From Chlamydiota bacterium (GTDB lineage Bacteria > Chlamydiota > Chlamydiia > Chlamydiales > RGXB01), in the NCBI GenBank assembly GCA_947494155.1, contig CANLTW010000007.1, positions 1 to 64,000 of the forward strand: DNA of 64,000 nucleotides, given 5' to 3'. Shown one piece after another: positions 1 to 8,273 of this stretch. The notes below the pieces were generated by a model, which was given only the letters and a program-made list of their open reading frames with translations, did not search any database and was not told the DNA's origin. The position numbers and the translations under genes are program-made. Position 1 is the stretch's first letter. Every line of letters begins with the position of its first letter.

Positions 1-119
1 GTAGAGACTGAAGGGATAAAATATTTATTATTATAAAATATTTATTGCAAAGCGGTTTTTTTATTTTTTGAGGGATCCAAATAAACTATTGTTGGAAATA
101 AATTTTTCAAACTATGCGC

Positions 120-170
120 CTCTCATCCATTTATGTGTCTAGAACCAACAGGGAGTAAAACGGATGAGAG
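120..170 (-). terminator. Stem-loop downstream of ORF 193..861 (terminator or 3' stabiliser)
   Basis: CTCTCATCC (120-128) and GGATGAGAG (162-170) form an inverted repeat, extendable with one G-U pair on the minus strand; the loop is large. Confidence 0.3.
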
Positions 171-192
171 AGCTTGAAAGAAAAGGGACAGA

Positions 193-861
193 TTAAGCTA
201 AATTTCTTCGATCTGATTGAGGATTCCTTTTTTCGGCAAAAAGAGCAAATGCACGTGCTGAGATGACTTTTGTGGCTGCTGCTGCTACATGACCGACAGT
301 ATTTGCTGTAACTGGGTGCATGCCTCTAAAAAAGCCTAGACCAAAGCTTGAAACAAAAAATGTAACACTGGCTAAGATTTCACTCCGTTTCTCAGTATGA
401 AATAAACCTTTGCTAGATAAAGATTGTAGAGCAGAGGGTAGCTGAAGCCAAGTCGCAAATACTTTTCGAAGAGTGATCAACCCAGCCCAGTCCCCAAAAG
501 GGATATTGGTTAATAACCCCAAAGCATAGGAGTGCCATCCAAAAACCGCCCCTTTTAGAAACGAATTGGGCGCGGCCTTATACATAGCCCGACCTGCAAG
601 TGTCATTATCGAGATCCCTAAAGCAGGGGCTAGCCAGGAAATTTTTCGGTGAATATTTTTATTTGATCCTGCTAATTTGTTTACTGTATTAGATGGATAA
701 AATAGAACATCCAAGAGTCTGGTATTTGACAAAATTAGAGGGCTAGTTAATGCTGCAAAGCCATAAGCAAAAGGTCTTGGCGCTCGAAGAGATTGACTCA
801 TAACAGAAAAAAAATTCGCTGTGCTGTGCTGGATCGAACAATCTAATGGATGTGTTACCAT
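193..861 (-). CDS. Hypothetical membrane protein
   Basis: 222-aa ORF with several hydrophobic Gly/Ala-rich segments; no recognised motif. Confidence 0.6.
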   Translation of the reverse strand: MVTHPLDCSIQHSTANFFSVMSQSLRAPRPFAYGFAALTSPLILSNTRLLDVLFYPSNTVNKLAGSNKNIHRKISWLAPALGISIMTLAGRAMYKAAPNSFLKGAVFGWHSYALGLLTNIPFGDWAGLITLRKVFATWLQLPSALQSLSSKGLFHTEKRSEILASVTFFVSSFGLGFFRGMHPVTANTVGHVAAAATKVISARAFALFAEKRNPQSDRRNLA

Positions 862-1024
862 AATTAACCTTAATTAGTTATCTTTTTTAGTTAATATATC
901 AGCGCTTAATTAATTGATAAACCCCTAAATCAAAAAGCTTAATATAATATAAAAAAGGGCATCTGTATTTAATATAATTTAAGCTTTGAAAGGATAATTT
1001 CACTCATTTTTAAATGATCCAAAA

Positions 1025-1202
1025 GAATTTTCTTTTGGGGGTAAGCGCTCGACAGTGTTTGGGCTTTTCTCAAAAAAAGGATCTTCGAGATTAGGAATCA
1101 AGATTCGGTCTTTTCAATCTTTTTGAATAGTTAGCTAACAGGTTAAGTTTGTCTCTGATTCTACCTTTAGTTTTTTTTGCAGCAGATTTTAGCGCTATTT
1201 TC
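1025..1202. repeat. Composite repeat copy: segment B (1025-1096) joined to segment A (1094-1202)
   Basis: B matches 2379-2453 with a few substitutions and indels; A matches 3530-3638 with 3 substitutions. Confidence 0.9.
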
Positions 1203-1218
1203 CATTTCAATTTGAGAA

Positions 1219-2043
1219 TTAAAGAAAAATCCAATGAGGCAAAGGGTTATGCCAGAACGGGTGATAAAGAATGATCCCATCGGAAATTAACGCTGCAGCA
1301 TAGCTAAAACTACTTGCTGACATTACCAGGGTGTCAGCAAAAACCATGGATGCAAAAGAGGTTTCAAGGCTTTCATTGAGATGAAAAACTACATTTTCTA
1401 ATTTTTTTAATGGTTGAAATTTTTCGATATTTCCTTGGGAATAAACATGAAAAATTATCTTTTTCTTGTTGTGTTCAAATTGTTCAATTTTTTCTATTTT
1501 TTTTAAAAAATAATCGAGTGATGTATTTGTACCTTCTGTTCTATTGTCATGCTCGTTAAATCTTCTGATGTGTACGGCAACATTAAAATAGTCATGACTA
1601 AAGTAGTCTTGGTACTTTTTATTTAACCTAAAAATAGTTTTAATTTTCTTTAGGATTGATGTTTTCGCGCATCGATCTATATTGTTATCGAAAAAACTTC
1701 TTGAGTGATTTTGCTGATGAGTTTTTTGGTTTGTATTTAGCTCAAAATTACCTATAAAATTTATTAATTCCTCCTTTTTTTGTATGAAATCAGGGTCGTT
1801 ATCATAATTATGCTCCATCGCCTTAAAAGGGGTATAAACAAATTTTTTGTTGTTTAATTCAGCAAAGACTGCTGTAGCAATAATGTTTTGGAATTGAGAT
1901 CCGAATCCATCGCTATCAGTTCGATTAGTGATTGTATCCTGACCTTTCAAGGTTAAAAAAAAAGGGTTAAAAACAAAAAAGGTATAAATTTTTTTTAAAT
2001 TCACTTCGTATCCTGGTAGTTTTTTGAGATAATTTAGTTTCAA
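1219..2043 (-). CDS. GT11-like (alpha-1,2-fucosyltransferase-like) glycosyltransferase
   Basis: DGFGSQFQ, VAVHIRR and SASSFSYAAAL match the three GT11/GT23-type motifs; very AT-rich; alternative GTG start at 2004 with AGGA upstream. Confidence 0.7.
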   Translation of the reverse strand: MKLNYLKKLPGYEVNLKKIYTFFVFNPFFLTLKGQDTITNRTDSDGFGSQFQNIIATAVFAELNNKKFVYTPFKAMEHNYDNDPDFIQKKEELINFIGNFELNTNQKTHQQNHSRSFFDNNIDRCAKTSILKKIKTIFRLNKKYQDYFSHDYFNVAVHIRRFNEHDNRTEGTNTSLDYFLKKIEKIEQFEHNKKKIIFHVYSQGNIEKFQPLKKLENVVFHLNESLETSFASMVFADTLVMSASSFSYAAALISDGIILYHPFWHNPLPHWIFL

Positions 2044-2094
2044 AATATTTATACATAATCTTTCAATTTTAATAAAACGGATTTTAAACCTATA

Positions 2095-2430
2095 AGATGC
2101 CGGGAGCTCAAGAACATAAAGGGTGTCGAGTTTCGACGAAAAGTATACCTCTGCTTGAGTTTCTGAATAGGTTTTTTCGAAAAAGATGGATTAGATGAAT
2201 GTAACTACTTTATCATGATTCATCCAAATTACATCTATTAAAAAAAGCATACCTTTCTGTGAAATTGCTTGTAACTCTGCTGTATCGAAAATGGACAGCA
2301 TTCTAGAACTTGAACACAAATTTTTTCGACCATCTAGACCTAGCTTACGCAGAAAATCATTATCTGCAATTTCCACTTGAATTTTTTCCTTTGGAGGTAA
2401 AGCGCTGGACAGTATTTGGGCTTTTCTCAA
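2095..2430 (-). pseudogene. DUF192 family pseudogene
   Basis: VEIADN..LGLDGRKNL..MLSIF..GMLFLIDVIW, then an in-frame TAA at 2191-2193, after which the frame continues to YVLELPA (DUF192 C-terminal motif). Confidence 0.7.
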
Positions 2431-2453
2431 AAAAAGGATTTTCGAGATTAGGA
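2379..2453. repeat. Segment B copy (5' end of the DUF192 remnant)
   Basis: GCGCTGGACAGTATTTGGGCTTTTCTCAAAAAAAGGATTTTCGAGATTAGGA closely matches the 1044-1096 region. Confidence 0.9.
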
Positions 2454-2506
2454 TGTTTTTTCATCAAGATTAGCTAAGGATTTCGATTTTTTTTAAAAAG
2501 GGGTAT

Positions 2507-2779
2507 TTAAAATCTCATGCATCGTGTGTGTTGAAGTATTCTAGTTATGCGGTGCATTGTACACACCCCCGTCATAATTATTAAAGAAGAGAGGACTATT
2601 GAGGCATCATTCTGGTTATGATCTTCTACTTGAGATAAAAGCCCGCAGCATAGAACGATAACGGACAAAGCCATGAGAGTTCGCTCTAAGTGATCTCTTT
2701 GCAGGCTGGCATTATGGAATCGATAGTAATCATCAATCCAATGGATGTCGTAAATTCTAGACACTTCATTTTCTATCAT
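2507..2779 (-). CDS. Small hypothetical membrane protein with two hydrophobic segments (Inc-like topology possible)
   Basis: The track ORF 2507..2971 overlaps the GNAT gene; ATG at 2779 gives 90 aa with a paired hydrophobic C-terminus. Confidence 0.45.
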   Translation of the reverse strand: MIENEVSRIYDIHWIDDYYRFHNASLQRDHLERTLMALSVIVLCCGLLSQVEDHNQNDASIVLSSLIIMTGVCTMHRITRILQHTRCMRF

Positions 2780-2873
2780 AGGGGCCCTTTTTAAGGTTTT
2801 ACTGGTAAATCGACCCTTAATAATAGATTGTGCCCCTATTTTATTTCCTCTTTTATTGTATTCAGCAAAAGGT

Positions 2874-3443
2874 TCAAGGGTTATTTGACCGATTTTCCCA
2901 TTCTTTTTTGGTGATACGATAGAGAACCTGCCTGCCGGCAACCATCTTTTGATTAATGGAAATGGCATCAAAATCGTCTTTGGGATTATGGTGCATCCCG
3001 AGCTTTTCCATCACGTGGATTGATCTAGCGTTTTCATAATGACAAAAAGCGACGATTTCCTCTAATTGGAGTACTTTGAATCCATAGTCTAATACTGCTT
3101 TTGCCCCTTCTGTTGCATACCCTTTACCCCAGTGCTCAAAAGCAATTCTCCATCCTACAGCAACTGTAGGTGTAAAGGGGAGGGGATATGTCTCGTGATC
3201 TAAAGGGTATATGCCTATTGTCCCAATAAATTCCTCACTATCACGGAGGGAAACTGCCCATCTTCCCCAGCCTTCTTTGTCGATTTCTTCTTTTCTCTCG
3301 ATTGCCAGATTATCGCTTTCTTCTTTTGAACATTTAGCAAGGTACACCATTACGCGCGGATCAGAATTGAGCTTAGCAAAGGCTGGAAAATCCTCTTCTT
3401 TCCAATTGCGTAAAACTAACCGATTAGTCTTTAAAACAGTCAT
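2874..3443 (-). CDS. GNAT acetyltransferase, RimJ/RimL family
   Basis: LKTNRLVLR, VGWRIAFEHWGKGYATEGA, NARSIHVMEKLGM. Confidence 0.9.
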   Translation of the reverse strand: MTVLKTNRLVLRNWKEEDFPAFAKLNSDPRVMVYLAKCSKEESDNLAIERKEEIDKEGWGRWAVSLRDSEEFIGTIGIYPLDHETYPLPFTPTVAVGWRIAFEHWGKGYATEGAKAVLDYGFKVLQLEEIVAFCHYENARSIHVMEKLGMHHNPKDDFDAISINQKMVAGRQVLYRITKKEWENRSNNP

Positions 3444-3529
3444 CTCTTTTTCTTCCAGGCTTTTAGGGTCAAGAGGGTTTTTTTTTTTGAATTACTAAAA
3501 CAAATATTTTTTCACTACAGAAAAGAAAA

Positions 3530-3638
3530 GGAATCAAGATTCGGTCTTTTCAATCTTTTTGAATAGTTAGCTAATAGGTTAAGTTTGTCTTTGATTCTAC
3601 CTTTAGTTTTTTTTGCAGCAGATTTAAGCGCTATTTTC
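3530..3638. repeat. Segment A copy
   Basis: Matches 1094-1202 apart from 3 substitutions. Confidence 0.9.
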
Positions 3639-3683
3639 AAAGAAAGATTGAATTTTTCTAGAGGGTTGGAACTTTCCAATAGA

Positions 3684-4724
3684 TCAAACAGCTGTTGTTG
3701 TGACCTGTTTTAGTTCTAAGCTATCTCTTTTTTCGGTAAGGTGAGGGAAGGGGATGCGCGTTTTTGGTTCGATATCAAGAGGGGAGGGGCCTAACTTTTT
3801 GTATTGTAAAAGACCCAAAGCGCCAATCATGGCTCCATTATCAAGTGCAAGCTCTTTGGAGGGGAAAAAAACGGGGCAGGGAAAATCTTTAAAATAACCC
3901 CTTAAACTCTTGCTAGAAGCAACACCACCCCCAAAAAAAACCGCTTTGGCTTGAAATTTTTCTACTGCCAAAATCGCCTTTTGATAGAGGTCTTTGAATA
4001 CTACATGCTGAAAGGAGGCGCAAATGTCTTCGACTTGGTAGAGTGGATTTTTTTTAGCATAAAGAACTTGCGTCTTCAGTCCGCTAAAAGAAAATGATAA
4101 AGGGGCATCCCGTACTTTACAGCTTTTAAGGGGAACTTTTATCAAGTCTCCTTTTGATGCAAGTTTTTCAACATGGGGCCCTCCCGGATAAGGGAGATCG
4201 CAGATTTTTGCGCACTTGTCAAAACACTCACCCATCGCATCGTCTATTGTAGAACCGATTGTTTCTACGTCAAGCGGAGTCCTCATCCAGTTAATTTGAG
4301 TGTGCCCCCCCGATATCACGATCCCTATCGCTCCAAAAAGGTCGAAGGCCCCTTTATTTTCCAAAAGAGGAGCCACAAGATGCGCATGCACATGGTTTAC
4401 AGCTACAAAAGGGGTATTAAGCGTTAGCGAGAGCATTTTTGCAAACGTTAAACCAATAGAAATCGAACCAATGAGCCCCGGACCATAAGCGGCACATATT
4501 AAGGAGAGATCCTCCTTTTTCACTTGAGCTTTTTGAAGGGCCTCCTCAAAACAAGGGAGAATTTTTTCTACGTGCTCTCTTGCGGCCAGCTCAGGAAAAA
4601 CGCCCCCAAACTGGCTGTGTAAGTCAACTTGGGAATAGATCACATTGGAAAGAACCTCAAAGCGGTCATTGATAACAGCTATCGATGTCTCGTCGCAGGT
4701 GCTCTCTATTCCCAGTACAATCAT
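3684..4724 (-). CDS. tsaD: tRNA N6-threonylcarbamoyltransferase
   Basis: VLGIESTCDET, GGVFPELAAREH, HVHAH, ISGGHT, DDAMGECFDK, DNGAMIG. Confidence 0.97.
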   Translation of the reverse strand: MIVLGIESTCDETSIAVINDRFEVLSNVIYSQVDLHSQFGGVFPELAAREHVEKILPCFEEALQKAQVKKEDLSLICAAYGPGLIGSISIGLTFAKMLSLTLNTPFVAVNHVHAHLVAPLLENKGAFDLFGAIGIVISGGHTQINWMRTPLDVETIGSTIDDAMGECFDKCAKICDLPYPGGPHVEKLASKGDLIKVPLKSCKVRDAPLSFSFSGLKTQVLYAKKNPLYQVEDICASFQHVVFKDLYQKAILAVEKFQAKAVFFGGGVASSKSLRGYFKDFPCPVFFPSKELALDNGAMIGALGLLQYKKLGPSPLDIEPKTRIPFPHLTEKRDSLELKQVTTTAV

Positions 4725-5119
4725 TTTATATCCAGAAGTTCGATTTCAAAGACAAGATCTTCACCAGCTAAAAAATGGTTGGCGTCAAGAGTTACGCTCT
4801 CTGCATCTAATGCAGTAATGGTTACTGGTTGGCCACGAATTTCTAGCATGGATCCCACCTCTAGTTCGAGATCCTTTGGAAAAAGTTCCCTTTTTAATCG
4901 TCCAATAAGATCCGGATTTTTTGGTCCGTAACCCTCACTAAAAGGGATCTCAAAAGTTTTTTTCTCACCAACAATTAGACTCAATACGGCCTTTTCAAAG
5001 CCCTCGATGACCTGTTTTTGCCCCATCTCAAAAGTAAAAGGTTCTCTATCAACTGAAGAGTCAAATGTTTGGCCGTCCTTTTTTTTGCCTGTATAGTGCA
5101 CAGTTGCAATTTTAGACAT
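4721..5119 (-). CDS. FKBP-type peptidyl-prolyl isomerase (SlyD/FkpB-like, no His tail)
   Basis: VHYTG, FDSS, VIEGFE, LDANHFLAG. Confidence 0.92.
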   Translation of the reverse strand: MSKIATVHYTGKKKDGQTFDSSVDREPFTFEMGQKQVIEGFEKAVLSLIVGEKKTFEIPFSEGYGPKNPDLIGRLKRELFPKDLELEVGSMLEIRGQPVTITALDAESVTLDANHFLAGEDLVFEIELLDIK

Positions 5120-6053
5120 GAATGCCCCCTTGTAGGTTGGTTTTTTTTACTAAAGCTCGAGAAAGTCTCTCTTGAATTGGGGCATAAAGACCATGAGAGG
5201 GGATATCTAGATCGACGAAGGCCTTTTTGATTTTATCAACATCCAGACGGCGCAGCATCTCGTATAGATTTCTAGCAATTCCACTAGGGTCTTGTTTGGA
5301 ACCAAGATTATACAGGGGGAGATTCCATTGATAGGTAACGTCGCCATATCCGACAATCGCTTCAAAGTCTGCAGAAATATTGGTGGTTAATTCGCAGTTG
5401 GGCGAGTAGTGGCGCAAGAGTTGCCCTGGGCAAATAGGTGCAGATTCCACAGAATTAGTTGTGTGAATAATAAAATGCTCTCGGAGGCACTCAATCGGTG
5501 TGGCCCCCAATCGACCTATCTCCAAATAGCCCTCTTTTTGGATGATGATCGTCGACTCTAACCCATGAATCGGGGGCGCACCCTCAACCATTGGGACCTG
5601 CCCATCGTAATCCTCTTCAATATGCCAAGCCCGTGTTGCGGATGGGAGGCCTGAGCGGTTGGCCGAAGGAGCTGCCAAGGGGCCCACTTCCCGTATCAAA
5701 TCTAAAAATACCGGATGATTGGGAATCCTTACCGCCAGAGTATTCAACCCAGCGGTGATAGCTGTGTCGAGCTCTTTTTTTAAAGGGGCCACTAAGGTAA
5801 GGGGACCAGGCCACATGGATTTTAGGTATACTAAAAGTTTAGCATCGATATCCACAAACTCCAAAATCTGTTCAACGGAGGAGAAATGGACAATTAAAGG
5901 GTTAATTGGTGGGCGCCCTTTTAAAGAAAAAATTTTACGTATGGCTCTAGGGGAGTGGATGGACGCGGCCAATCCAAAGACCGTCTCACTGGGGACAGCT
6001 ACCACCTCGTCATTTTTCAAAAGTTTTACGGCTTCGTGAAATTTAACAATCAT
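5112..6053 (-). CDS. sua5: L-threonylcarbamoyladenylate synthase, Sua5 type
   Basis: PSETVFGL, KGRPPINPLIVH, AAPSANRSG, and the PGQLLRHYSP linker into the SUA5 domain. Confidence 0.95.
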   Translation of the reverse strand: MIVKFHEAVKLLKNDEVVAVPSETVFGLAASIHSPRAIRKIFSLKGRPPINPLIVHFSSVEQILEFVDIDAKLLVYLKSMWPGPLTLVAPLKKELDTAITAGLNTLAVRIPNHPVFLDLIREVGPLAAPSANRSGLPSATRAWHIEEDYDGQVPMVEGAPPIHGLESTIIIQKEGYLEIGRLGATPIECLREHFIIHTTNSVESAPICPGQLLRHYSPNCELTTNISADFEAIVGYGDVTYQWNLPLYNLGSKQDPSGIARNLYEMLRRLDVDKIKKAFVDLDIPSHGLYAPIQERLSRALVKKTNLQGGIHV

Positions 6054-6219
6054 ACTCGGCTGAAAATAGTACCAAAAAAAACCAAAAGGGGGAAGGGATT
6101 AAAGGGACATTTTCAGAGCCTTGATCAAAAAAGGGGGATGTGGCGCTTAGTTCAGGGTTTTCTTAAAGGTGAGCTTTTTGTTAGTATTCCCCATAACTTA
6201 TTCATAGTAGGGAGGGTAC

Positions 6220-7266
6220 ATGCTCAAAGCCTGTTTTTTGTTTGGAGGGAAGTCCTTTGAACACGAGGTGTCGGTGAGCTCGATGCGCTCCGTTTTTTTA
6301 GCCTACATTTCTAAAAAATTTGATATAACTATCGGCGGATTGGATTTAGAGAATAGACTTCAGTTTTTTTCTCACGAGGAATTTCTTGAGCAATTTCAGG
6401 AATACAGCAGATTTGAAAAAGCTGACCGTCCAGCAAATTATGAGGATTTAAAAAAATTTGACGTAGTGTTTCCCTTGATGCATGGAGACTATGTAGAGGA
6501 TGGATCCCTGCAAGGCCTTTTTTCTCTATTTGGGATCCCTTTTGTGGGACCTAGTGTCCTTTCGTCATCTGTCTGTATGGATAAAGAGGTCGCTAAAAGA
6601 CTCCTGATTCAAGCTGGGTTAAAAGTTGCCGATTGGATTTCTGTGGGCCCTTTTGAGATGTTAGAAATTGAGGAGGTAACAGAAAAAATAGGCTATCCCT
6701 GTTTTGTAAAACCCGCATCAAGCGGATCCTCCTGCGGAGTCTCAAAAGTACATTCAGCAATTGAGCTAGAGAAAGCGGTTTTGGAGGCGCGCCGTTTTTC
6801 GAAAAAGGTTCTGATTGAAAAAGCGATTACCGGAATGGAGTTGGAGTGCGCCGTTTTGGGTTTGGAGGATCTATTGGCGTCTCGAGTTGGACAGATCATT
6901 CCGCAAAAAGAGTTCTACGATTATGAATCAAAATACGTATTGCGTGAAGCTGCGGTGATCGAGGCTCCGGCAAATATTCCCGATAGCCTAGAAAAAGAGA
7001 TCAGACAGGTCGCTTTGAAAGTTTTTAGGGTTCTTGATTGCGAAATGATGGGGCGTGTCGACTTTTTTTATGATGGGGAACTTTATGTAAGCGAGGTCAA
7101 TACGATTCCGGGATTCACTCCGATAAGCCTCTACCCTAAACTGCTCGAACTTACAGGTATCGGGTACAACGAATTGATTGATCAATTACTGGAAATGGCG
7201 ATCAGGTCTCATCACCATAGAGAACGTCAAGCTCCATTAGCTCCCAATTCTCTATGTCTCCCTTAA
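6220..7266 (+). CDS. ddl: D-alanine--D-alanine ligase
   Basis: FGGKSFEHEVS, HGDYVEDG, FYDYESKY, EVNTIPGFT; GGAGG RBS. Confidence 0.95.
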   Translation: MLKACFLFGGKSFEHEVSVSSMRSVFLAYISKKFDITIGGLDLENRLQFFSHEEFLEQFQEYSRFEKADRPANYEDLKKFDVVFPLMHGDYVEDGSLQGLFSLFGIPFVGPSVLSSSVCMDKEVAKRLLIQAGLKVADWISVGPFEMLEIEEVTEKIGYPCFVKPASSGSSCGVSKVHSAIELEKAVLEARRFSKKVLIEKAITGMELECAVLGLEDLLASRVGQIIPQKEFYDYESKYVLREAAVIEAPANIPDSLEKEIRQVALKVFRVLDCEMMGRVDFFYDGELYVSEVNTIPGFTPISLYPKLLELTGIGYNELIDQLLEMAIRSHHHRERQAPLAPNSLCLP

Positions 7267-7528
7267 GATAATAGACGTTCACATCAACCGCTTTTTCAAG
7301 GTACTCGGCAGCTCGTTTAGCTCGAAACCCGTGAGCACAATGGACCACTAATGTGGCGGTCGTTGGCAACGTCTTATAAAGTGCGGGAAGTTTATCTAGT
7401 GGGATATTTATTGCTCCACGTATACGCTTGTCAAAATGCTCTTGGGGAGTTCTTACGTCAAGAATAACCACAGAGGGGCAGGTTGATGAGAGCAATTGTT
7501 TGAATTGCCCTAGAGTCAATGGTTCCAT
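7202..7528 (-). CDS. Rhodanese-like domain protein
   Basis: LDVRTPQE, IRGAINIP, and the CAHGFR active-site loop. Confidence 0.9.
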   Translation of the reverse strand: MEPLTLGQFKQLLSSTCPSVVILDVRTPQEHFDKRIRGAINIPLDKLPALYKTLPTTATLVVHCAHGFRAKRAAEYLEKAVDVNVYYLKGDIENWELMELDVLYGDET

Positions 7529-7672
7529 ATTTACCCCGAGATTTTTTTAACCTTCAAAAGGGGGAAAGGTTAATTCAAAAAGAATATTTTGTCACCTTAA
7601 AATTAGTGAGAAAATCTAGGTGAGTAAGTACCTTAAAAGGGAAAATTAGAGAGAAGATTATTATTTTCTTCA

Positions 7673-7701
7673 TTGAAATTTTCTCAATATTAAAGTATGT
7701 T
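7673..7701 (+). promoter_or_regulatory. Sigma66/70-type promoter
   Basis: TTGAAA-N17-TATGTT. Confidence 0.5.
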
Positions 7702-7739
7702 TGTTTTATTCCCCAACCAAAAGTAATTGGAGTGATAAT

Positions 7740-7931
7740 ATGAAAATTCGATCAATTTTAGCTGCGGCTTTAGTTTCACTACTTTCTATCAATGCTTATG
7801 CATCTGATGATGAACACAAAGAGAAAGATGATATCGTTGTAGAGAGTGTTTTTTCTACAGAAACAAATGATGATGAAGAAAAAGAGGAAACTGTTGTCGT
7901 AGAACCCGACGCACCTGCAGAGAATTCCTAG
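7740..7931 (+). CDS. Small acidic exported protein
   Basis: GGAG RBS, signal peptide ending AYA, Asp/Glu-rich mature part; 63 aa. Confidence 0.75.
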   Translation: MKIRSILAAALVSLLSINAYASDDEHKEKDDIVVESVFSTETNDDEEKEETVVVEPDAPAENS

Positions 7932-7942
7932 GTAGATAAATT

Positions 7943-7972
7943 CTTACCGGCGTCTTTTATACCGCCGGTAAG
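7943..7972 (+). terminator. GC-rich stem-loop
   Basis: Perfect 10-bp stem CTTACCGGCG / CGCCGGTAAG; no U-tract. Confidence 0.55.
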
Positions 7973-7982
7973 TTGGCCAAAC

Positions 7983-8267
7983 ATGCATAAGATAAAAAAA
8001 TATCGCTCCTGGTTTTGGGTTGTAATTTTTGTTCTCATGATCCACATAACCGGAAATTCCCTTGTTCATCAGCGGTGCCTTGAATCTCAAACCTCATTTT
8101 CCAAAATAGAACAACTAAATCAAGCTATAAAGGTTGCAAAACAAAGAAAAGAGGAGCTATCACGAGAAATAGAATCTTTACAAGATCCCCTTTGGCTTCA
8201 AGAGGTGGTAAAAGAGGAACTTGGACTGGTGCGCCAGAAAGAGACAAAAATTGTGTTTAGGTCTTAA
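7983..8267 (+). CDS. Septum formation initiator (FtsB/DivIC-like)
   Basis: Short basic N-terminus, one TM, coiled coil, LQDPLWLQEVVKEELGLVRQKE. Confidence 0.75.
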   Translation: MHKIKKYRSWFWVVIFVLMIHITGNSLVHQRCLESQTSFSKIEQLNQAIKVAKQRKEELSREIESLQDPLWLQEVVKEELGLVRQKETKIVFRS

Positions 8268-8273
8268 TAATTT

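Noticed and set aside
1025..3640. Integron attC array, MITE or CRISPR as the explanation for the repeats
   Set aside because: A GTTRRRY word is present, but there is no attC-like fold, terminal inverted repeat, regular spacer, integrase or cas gene
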